Assembly: GCA_039188505.1 (NCBI GenBank)
Contig: JBCCZC010000002.1
Location: forward strand, 1-53,651
Length of the DNA stretch: 53,651 nucleotides
Direction of reading: 5' to 3'
DNA from: Pseudomonadota bacterium
GTDB taxonomy: Bacteria; Pseudomonadota; Gammaproteobacteria; Xanthomonadales; SZUA-38
Below, piece after piece: positions 47,218 to 53,651 of the stretch. A program made the position numbers and the translations under genes. Under the pieces are notes generated by a model. That model saw nothing but the letters and a program-made list of their open reading frames with translations, searched no databases and had not been told where the DNA came from. Position 1 is the first letter of the stretch. Every line of letters starts with the position of its first letter.

Positions 47218-48125
47218 AGTCCGTCGGCCTTATCGGCTGCGGCCTCTGGGGCCAAAACATCCTGCGCGATCTCCTCCGGCTCGGCTGCCGGGTCCACGTT
47301 TGCGACATCGAACCCGAGCGGCGTGCAGAGGCGCTCCAGCAGGGCGCGGAAACGGTTACGGACCGCCCGCAGTCGCTGGCTCCTGTCGATGGCTTCGTCA
47401 TCTCGTCGCCGGCCAGTACGCACCTCGACATCGTCGCCGCCATCGCGGACGCCAGACGGCCGATCTACTGCGAGAAGCCCTTCGCGACGGACTCGGCTGC
47501 CGCGCGGCGCATCGCCGGTCCCATCGCCCACCGCCTGTTCGTCATGCACGTCTGGCGTCACCATGCCGGCGTCCAGGCCCTGCGTGACATCGCCGGTTCC
47601 GGCGAGCTCGGATCCGTGCGCATGCTTCGATCGCTCCGGGCGAACTGGACCAGCCCGCGGCGAGACGTCGATCCCGTCTGGACCCTCGCGCCGCACGACC
47701 TCTCGATCTGCCTGGAGGTACTTGGCGAAATCCCCCGACCTCGCTTCGCGACGCTGGAGCGGCGCGAGGACGGTCGTCCCGTCGGCATGCTCGGCGTGCT
47801 CGGAGACTGCGCGACGCCGGGACCGGAGTGCATCATCGAGGTCTCGACGCGCTACGGCGAGCGGCACCGCGAGGTGCGGATCCACGGTACCTCCGGCGTT
47901 GCGGTGCTGCGTGACGACGCGCTGGAGATCCTCCGCGGCAACGAGCTCCAGCCGGCGCGCGAGGCGCGAGAGCTGGATGCGATGCCCGCGCTGCTCCGTG
48001 AGCTTGAGTGCTTCGTGAAGCACCTCGCCGGGGGGCCAGCGCCGGCGAGCAGTGTCGAGGAGACGATCGCAATGATCGAAGCGCTGGAGGCGCTGCGGGC
48101 GTTGGCCGGGGACGCGCCACGATGA
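47214..48125 (+). CDS. Gfo/Idh/MocA family oxidoreductase
   Basis: IGCGLWG, YCEKP, LAPHDLS; ATGA overlaps with both neighbours. Confidence 0.88.
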   Translation: MKSVGLIGCGLWGQNILRDLLRLGCRVHVCDIEPERRAEALQQGAETVTDRPQSLAPVDGFVISSPASTHLDIVAAIADARRPIYCEKPFATDSAAARRIAGPIAHRLFVMHVWRHHAGVQALRDIAGSGELGSVRMLRSLRANWTSPRRDVDPVWTLAPHDLSICLEVLGEIPRPRFATLERREDGRPVGMLGVLGDCATPGPECIIEVSTRYGERHREVRIHGTSGVAVLRDDALEILRGNELQPAREARELDAMPALLRELECFVKHLAGGPAPASSVEETIAMIEALEALRALAGDAPR

Positions 48126-48934
48126 GTCTGCGCGCGACGGTCATGATCCCGACCATGGCGGGTCGAGCGCCGACGCTCGAGCTGGCGCTGGCTTCAGTGC
48201 TCGCCCAGAACGTCGCGGAAATCGAAGTGTTCGTCATGGGCGACGGGGTCGACGATCCGGTGCGGGAGCTCGTCGAGCGCTTCGGGGCAAGGGATGATCG
48301 CATCCGCTTCTTCGACCATCCGAAGCACCCGAGCCGGGGTGAGCCCAACCGCCATGCGGCACTGCAGGATGCTCGTGGTCACGTCGTCTGCTATCTCTGC
48401 GATCGCGACCTGATGCTCGCTCACCACATTGAGACCGTGGAGGAATTGCTCGCCGAAGCGGACTTCTGCCACACGTTTCCGCTGCGTGTCGACCGGAAGG
48501 GCGAGCTCGAAACATTCAAGTCGAGCGATCTGCGCAGCCGCGCCGATCGTCGCTGGTTCGTCACCGGCTGGCACCACGAGAATGGCATTCCCCTCTCCTT
48601 CGCGGCACACACGCTGGGGGCCTATCGTCGACTGCCCCATGGCTGGCGAGAGACTCCGGAGGGCCAGTTCACCGATATCTACATGTGGCAGCAGTTCCTT
48701 GCCGAGCGCTGGTGTCGCGCGAGGACCGGCTACCTGCCGACGATCCTCTACTTCCCCCGCTATGTCCGACGGGACGTGACCATCGAGGCGAAGCGCGAGG
48801 AGCTGATCCGCTGGCGTGACCGCATGGGGGCCGGAGATTGGGACCACACCTTTCTGAAGCTCGCCACCGAAGCAATCGCCCGCTCCCAGCTCGAGTTCGC
48901 ACGACGGCTGCGAAGCCGGCAACCCCAGCGCTGA
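48122..48934 (+). CDS. glycosyltransferase family 2-like protein
   Basis: VMIPT...LASVLAQ...EVFVMGDG...RHAAL..ARG..VCYLCDRD. Confidence 0.82.
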   Translation: MSLRATVMIPTMAGRAPTLELALASVLAQNVAEIEVFVMGDGVDDPVRELVERFGARDDRIRFFDHPKHPSRGEPNRHAALQDARGHVVCYLCDRDLMLAHHIETVEELLAEADFCHTFPLRVDRKGELETFKSSDLRSRADRRWFVTGWHHENGIPLSFAAHTLGAYRRLPHGWRETPEGQFTDIYMWQQFLAERWCRARTGYLPTILYFPRYVRRDVTIEAKREELIRWRDRMGAGDWDHTFLKLATEAIARSQLEFARRLRSRQPQR

Positions 48935-49115
48935 CCCGCTATTCGCCGGGGCGCGCAGTGGCCGCTCGCCAAGTCGGGCCGCGCCCACGCGTCGTTCGGC
49001 GACGGTCGTCTCGTCGGCACAGGGGCCGGGATTCCCCGCCTATTTTTCGGTAGCCGACGTCGTTTCCGCGCTCTACGATTCCGCAACGGCTGACCGACTC
49101 GAGGAACTAGACCCC

Positions 49116-49928
49116 ATGCCAACGCAGAAAGAGAAGTGCGAGACGTTCAAGGCACTACACGAAGCGCCGGGTGCGTTCGTCATTCCAAACCCCTGGGACG
49201 AGGGATCCGCGCGGATCATGCAGCACCTCGGTGCCCCCGCGCTGGCGACCACCAGCCAGGGTTTCGCCCAGACCCTCGGCAAGCTCGACGGGAAGGTGAC
49301 GCTCGAGGAGAAGCTGGCGCACTGCACGCGGTTGGCAAACGCGACCGACGTGCCGATCAACGTGGATTTCGAGGACGGCTTCGGGATCGCGCCCGAACGC
49401 GTGGCCGACCACATGCGAGCGGTAATCGGCACCGGCGTTGCCGGTTGCTCCATCGAGGACTGGGATCGCGAACGCCAGACGATGATCGAGCACTCCGTGG
49501 CTGTCGAGCGGATCGCAGCCGCCGCGGAGGTCGTGGCCGACTTCGATATGCCGTTTCTGCTCACCGCGCGCTCGGAGTTGATTCTGCGCCAAGCGGGCGA
49601 TCTCGACGCCGCGATCAAGCGACTCCAGGCTTACGAGCGCGCCGGGGCACAGGTGCTCTACGCACCCGGAATCGCCTCCGTTGAAGACCTCAGGAGCTTG
49701 GCTACTGCTGTCACGCGCCCGATCAATCTGCTAGGGGTCTTCATGCCTTCGGTGACCGTTGCCGAGATGGCGCAAGCCGGCGCCAAGCGCATCAGCGTGG
49801 GCAGTGCGCTTTTCAATCGAGCGATGGCGCCCGTACTCGCGGCATGCCGTGAAATGCTCGATGCGGGCACGTTCGCGTGGACATCGGGCATGACGGGGGA
49901 GCTTCAGGACCTGATCTCCGGACCGTGA
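49116..49928 (+). CDS. isocitrate lyase/PEP mutase family protein
   Basis: PNPWD.GSA, LATTS, PINVDFEDGF, GCSIED, LTARSE, KRISVGS. Confidence 0.9.
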   Translation: MPTQKEKCETFKALHEAPGAFVIPNPWDEGSARIMQHLGAPALATTSQGFAQTLGKLDGKVTLEEKLAHCTRLANATDVPINVDFEDGFGIAPERVADHMRAVIGTGVAGCSIEDWDRERQTMIEHSVAVERIAAAAEVVADFDMPFLLTARSELILRQAGDLDAAIKRLQAYERAGAQVLYAPGIASVEDLRSLATAVTRPINLLGVFMPSVTVAEMAQAGAKRISVGSALFNRAMAPVLAACREMLDAGTFAWTSGMTGELQDLISGP

Positions 49929-50024
49929 AATCCCGTCGATCATCTCCCAGCCGGGACGCGCAAGAATGCGGACCCGCGGCGGGCGCCCCAGCGTTCACGC
50001 CGATCTGCCGCATGGCGCCGCACC

Positions 50025-50582
50025 TCAGGCCGTGAGTAGGGCCGTGTAGCAACGCGCTACGTACCCGTCGACCTCGGGCGGTATGTCCCCCGGCAGGCAA
50101 GCGCGCACGGCCGCGACGGGCAGATCGACGATGGCTAGTCGGCAGGCCAGCAGCGGCCGATCGACCCGGGATGCGAACGCGCGCAGTCGCGCTGCGGCGC
50201 GCTCGTTGACGCCGGCGATCTTCTCCTGTGCGGCCGCCGGCGTCTTCGCGCCGAGGAACTCGGATCTTCGGCAGCACGCCAGAATGACGGCCAGTGCGCG
50301 TTTGCGCCGGCAGAAACGCGGTGTGGCGAGTGCTGCGGCCACACCGCGATCCAGATCCGCGCCTTCAATCGCTGCATGGAAATCATCCTGGAAGGCCGAG
50401 ACCGCCGCGAGCCAGGTTGCGGCCATCAATCCCTCACGGGAGCCGAAGCGATGATAGATGGACCCGATCGACAGACCGGTTCGCGCCTTGAGACCGTCGA
50501 CCGTCAGGGTGCCCCTCTCCATGAGTTCCGCACCCACGGCCGCGTAAACGGATTCGTCGCTGAAGTTTGCTTTTCTGGGCAT
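50025..50582 (-). CDS. TetR/AcrR family transcriptional regulator
   Basis: MPRKANFS...TVDGLKARTGLSIGSIYHRFGSREGL. Confidence 0.88.
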   Translation of the reverse strand: MPRKANFSDESVYAAVGAELMERGTLTVDGLKARTGLSIGSIYHRFGSREGLMAATWLAAVSAFQDDFHAAIEGADLDRGVAAALATPRFCRRKRALAVILACCRRSEFLGAKTPAAAQEKIAGVNERAAARLRAFASRVDRPLLACRLAIVDLPVAAVRACLPGDIPPEVDGYVARCYTALLTA

Positions 50583-50619
50583 TAGAACATATATTCTAGA
50601 ATAAGTCTTCTAATAGGAG
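50581..50619. promoter_or_regulatory. tandem TetR operators overlapping a bidirectional -10 element
   Basis: TAGAA-N6-TTCTA at 50583-50598 and again at 50597-50612; central palindrome ATTCTAGAAT (50593-50602) gives TAGAAT on both strands; AGGAG at 50615-50619. Confidence 0.72.
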
Positions 50620-50625
50620 TCTAGC

Positions 50626-51000
50626 ATGAACCTTCCCCTCCTCTGGAGCGCCACCGCCGTCGCCTTCGTTGCCTTCCTGGTCCACACCTTCGTCGGCGGC
50701 CGCCGCGTCGCCCGGCCCCTGCTCGCGGACCGCTCGCTGCCGCCAGCGTCGAAGTGGCTGAACTACTACTGCTGGCACGCGGCGACCGTGATGCTGGCCT
50801 TCGTCACCATCGCGTTCGCCTGGGCGGCTGTGGACCCAACGCTGGCGCCCGTCGTGGTCTTCGGGGGAACGCTGGCAGTGGCGCTCTCCGCGCTGAGCGC
50901 GGCCGTCGCTAGCAAGGCGGGTATCCATCCGCTGCGGTTTCCGTCCACGAGCCTGCTCGCCGGAACGGGATTGCTGGCGCTGGCGGCGGTGATTGCCTGA
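50626..51000 (+). CDS. small multi-TM membrane protein
   Basis: Good RBS; VHTFVGG...WH...; four hydrophobic segments; divergent from the TetR gene. Confidence 0.8.
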   Translation: MNLPLLWSATAVAFVAFLVHTFVGGRRVARPLLADRSLPPASKWLNYYCWHAATVMLAFVTIAFAWAAVDPTLAPVVVFGGTLAVALSALSAAVASKAGIHPLRFPSTSLLAGTGLLALAAVIA

Positions 51001-51081
51001 GAGAATGAATCGACGCGACCTATCAGTTCTATATAAACAATCGATTTGAGCAATGAAACGCGGTCCCGCATGATCTCGGCC

Positions 51082-51201
51082 ATGAAGACGAACAGCGACA
51101 ACAGCAATGCCACCTCCCGGTCGCCCTCCTGGCAGCACGGGGTTCTCTTCTTCCTGACGATCGCGACCGTCGCCCAGGGGGCTGTCTGGGCCTGGCTATG
51201 A
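51082..51201 (+). CDS. candidate 39-aa single-TM small protein
   Basis: MKTNSDNSNATSRSPSWQHGVLFFLTIATVAQGAVWAWL*; AT-rich stretch upstream; no clear RBS. Confidence 0.35.
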   Translation: MKTNSDNSNATSRSPSWQHGVLFFLTIATVAQGAVWAWL

Positions 51202-51287
51202 CTCGGGCGCGCTGCATGTAACGACCCGCCTGTGCGATTTGGCCGGTGGAGGCATTGAGTTAGGGAGCACACCGAACCGAGGTTCCC

Positions 51288-51866
51288 ATGGATCACGCCA
51301 GCAAAGCAGCGCGTCTTGTTCTCTTTTTCCTGCTGCTCCTCCCTCCGCTCGGCTACGCCCAGTCCACCGAAGACCACAATCGCGCGCTCGCGACCGCGTT
51401 CTACGAAGACCTCTGGTTCAACAACCGGACCGAGCGCTACGTCGACTACCTGGCCGACACGTACGTGGCCCATGACATCGGCGATCGGAAGGGCGTCGTG
51501 GAGCCTGCAATCGAGCAGAAGATCATTGCGGACCGGTTCTGGGCCGGCGGAACGATGTCGGGCGACATCCATTTCCAGATCGCCGACGGCGACCTGGTCG
51601 CCACGCGCTGGGAGTGGCGGTACGAGCCGGAAACACTGCTCGCGAAGATGCTCTTCGGCCATAACTCGATCCCGATCATCAACGTTTTCCGCTTCGACGA
51701 GGACGGCAAGATCGTCGAGCTCTGGAATCACCGCCACGACATCGACACCAACATGACGATCATCTACTCGGCCAGGGGCTTCGCCCTCGGCCTTGTCCTG
51801 ACGCTGCTCGTCGGGGCTTATGCGGCAGTCCTCCGGCGTCGACTGAAGCGCCTCGAGGCCGGCTGA
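51288..51866 (+). CDS. SnoaL/NTF2-like domain protein with signal peptide and C-terminal TM anchor
   Basis: NRALA..FYE.LW, QIADGDLVATRW, INVFRFDEDGKIVELW, C-terminal hydrophobic helix followed by RRR. Confidence 0.8.
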   Translation: MDHASKAARLVLFFLLLLPPLGYAQSTEDHNRALATAFYEDLWFNNRTERYVDYLADTYVAHDIGDRKGVVEPAIEQKIIADRFWAGGTMSGDIHFQIADGDLVATRWEWRYEPETLLAKMLFGHNSIPIINVFRFDEDGKIVELWNHRHDIDTNMTIIYSARGFALGLVLTLLVGAYAAVLRRRLKRLEAG

Positions 51867-51907
51867 GTCTCCCGCCAAAGTAGAACCGAGCGGTGTAAGA
51901 TCGCCGC

Positions 51908-53155
51908 ATGAAGGCATCCCTGACGGCGTGGCTCCTGGCCACGAGCTTTGCGACTTCGATCCTGGCCGAGGAATCCCCGGTCAGCGACACGTTCTTTGAT
52001 CAGTTGAACCAGCTCTGCGGAGCTCGTTTCGTCGGCGAGTCCGTCTTCCCCGAAGATCCGGGAGATGCGTTCCGCGGCCAGCAGCTCGTTGCCGAGTTCA
52101 GCCATTGCGATGGCAACCAGGTTCGCATTCCCTTCGCCGTCGGCGAGGATCGCTCCCGTACCTGGATCCTGACGCGGCAGGAGGACGGCGGTCTGCTGTT
52201 CAAGCACGATCACCGCCACGCGGACGGCACGCCGGACGAGATCACCAACTACGGCGGCTTCGCGGCAGGACCGGGATCACCCCTGAGCCAGTCGTTCCCC
52301 GCCGATGCGTTCACCGCCGAGCTGATCCCAGAGGCCGCGACGAACGTCTGGACGCTGATCGTCTCCGCGGATGGCACCGAGCTCACCTACGACCTCACGC
52401 GCCGCGGCGCACCGCGTTTCCGAGCGATATTGCGACGCTCCGCAGCGGACGACGCGCCGAAGCCGGTGGTCATCGTCCACGGCGCCTGGGGCGGTGGCTG
52501 GGACTGGCGGGAGACCGCAGCGGTGCTCGAGGAACTCGGCCATGACGTCTACCGGCCCTCCCTGACCGGGCTCGGCGAGCGGGAACATCTGTACACCGAC
52601 GACGTCGATCTTGGCACCCACGTGACCGACATCGTCAACGTCCTGCGGTGGGAGGCACTCGAAGACGTGATCCTGGTCGGGCACAGCTATGGCGGGATGG
52701 TCATCACCGGGGTCGCTGAGGTCGTCCCGGAGCGCATCGGGAGACTCGTCTACCTCGACGCCTTCGTACCCTTCGACGGTGAGTGCGCGCTGGCGGTCGG
52801 CCGCGACGAAAGCCCCCGGGAGCTGTGCACCCCGAGGGCCGCGAGGGAGCTCCTTGGCCCGGAGGCTCGGACGGGCCGCGTGAGTCCCTCCTGGATCGAG
52901 GACGGCACGCCGCCACCGACCGACATCCCGCATCCGGTCAGGACCTTCATCGAGCGCCTGGAGCTCGCCGGGGAGCCCGGCCGCGGTCTTCCGGCCCGCT
53001 ACATCATCACCCGCGAGACCGCCGGCGGCGCGGACGACTTCAACGTGGCCGCCGAACGCGCGGCCAAGCTGGGCTGGACCGTCGTCGAGTACGTCGGCGA
53101 CCACGTGCCCTATCGCGAGAATCCGGCCGGGATCGCCCGTCTCTTCATCGAATGA
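51908..53155 (+). CDS. secreted two-domain protein: unknown beta-rich domain + alpha/beta hydrolase
   Basis: N domain FKHDHRHADGTPD.ITNYGG; C domain VHGAWGGGW, LTGLGER, GHSYGG, LVYLDA, GDHVPY. Confidence 0.8.
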   Translation: MKASLTAWLLATSFATSILAEESPVSDTFFDQLNQLCGARFVGESVFPEDPGDAFRGQQLVAEFSHCDGNQVRIPFAVGEDRSRTWILTRQEDGGLLFKHDHRHADGTPDEITNYGGFAAGPGSPLSQSFPADAFTAELIPEAATNVWTLIVSADGTELTYDLTRRGAPRFRAILRRSAADDAPKPVVIVHGAWGGGWDWRETAAVLEELGHDVYRPSLTGLGEREHLYTDDVDLGTHVTDIVNVLRWEALEDVILVGHSYGGMVITGVAEVVPERIGRLVYLDAFVPFDGECALAVGRDESPRELCTPRAARELLGPEARTGRVSPSWIEDGTPPPTDIPHPVRTFIERLELAGEPGRGLPARYIITRETAGGADDFNVAAERAAKLGWTVVEYVGDHVPYRENPAGIARLFIE

Positions 53156-53168
53156 GGCCCGGCCCCGG

Positions 53169-53651
53169 TCAACGCTTCGGCGAGAGCTGGTTGGCCAGCC
53201 ACTGCCGCACCTGGGCGCGCTCGTCGCCCGTCAGCGAACCCTGGACGTCCTTCAGATCGGCGGGCAGATGCCCACCCGTGTCTGTGTCGCGCTCGAACAC
53301 GAGGTGATCGAAGATCGCCCCCCAGGACCGCCGCTGATCCGCCGGCAGGCGTGCCACCGCCAGCATGGCGTGGAGCAGACTATGGAACGGGTTGTCCGCA
53401 CCGAGAGGCACCTCGTTCCACCAGTAGTTGACCAGCACGTTGAGGTCATCGAGCGCCTCGACGCCGTGCCACCATAGCGCGGGCATGTAGATCGCGTCGC
53501 CCGGTTCGAGCACTGCCTCCCTCGCCGCCTCCAGCGCCTGCCTGAATCGCCGATGGCGCTCCAGATCTGGCTCGCGGAGATCCACCGTACTGATCGGCGC
53601 GCCACCCGGGGTATTCAGTAGCGGACCGATATAGAGGTTCGCCACCTGCTC
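53169..53651 (-). CDS. cupin-like (JmjC/Cupin_8) domain protein, C-terminal part
   Basis: LEPGDAIYMPALWWHGVEAL...NVLVNYWW; 5' end lies outside the window. Confidence 0.85.
   Translation of the reverse strand, partial: EQVANLYIGPLLNTPGGAPISTVDLREPDLERHRRFRQALEAAREAVLEPGDAIYMPALWWHGVEALDDLNVLVNYWWNEVPLGADNPFHSLLHAMLAVARLPADQRRSWGAIFDHLVFERDTDTGGHLPADLKDVQGSLTGDERAQVRQWLANQLSPKR

Noticed and set aside
1-53651. CRISPR arrays, IS elements, integrases, tRNA/rRNA genes
   Set aside because: None seen; the only repeats found are protein-coding (ankyrin, TPR, delta-60) and short operators.

Overview
GC-rich bacterial chromosomal window with about 40 genes. The DeaD sequence and the 'FxxGFE'-tailed secreted protein look gammaproteobacterial, but that is my inference. 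I saw no rRNA, tRNA, CRISPR array or intact mobile element. 1-13.2 kb is all minus strand: a Coq4-like gene; a 7-gene operon (two solute-binding-protein/OmpA fusions, a vWA lipoprotein, a TM/coiled-coil protein, and a urea/guanidine-type ABC SBP, permease and ATPase); a delta-60 beta-propeller protein; and an ECF sigma / Ser-Thr kinase-TPR pair ahead of a secreted protein. Next come an RND efflux triplet, a GDSL autotransporter that has lost its catalytic Ser and His, a second ECF/kinase pair, a decayed ABC-ATPase remnant, an esterase/TetR/crotonase unit with clear operators, ankyrin, serine hydrolase and TMEM43-like genes, and a GAF histidine kinase broken by two in-frame stops. The right part holds GT-like, TauD, SDR, acyl-CoA dehydrogenase, HAD and EAL genes, a DUF3592-like gene with an in-frame TAG, deaD, an RmlC/Gfo-Idh-MocA/GT2 mini-operon, a second TetR unit with a bidirectional promoter, a fused hydrolase and a partial cupin gene. 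The best candidate for an uncharacterised system is the SBP-OmpA/vWA/ABC operon (4768-12514), followed by the pseudo-enzyme autotransporter next to the ECF/kinase pair. All family calls come from motif recognition by eye, not database searches.
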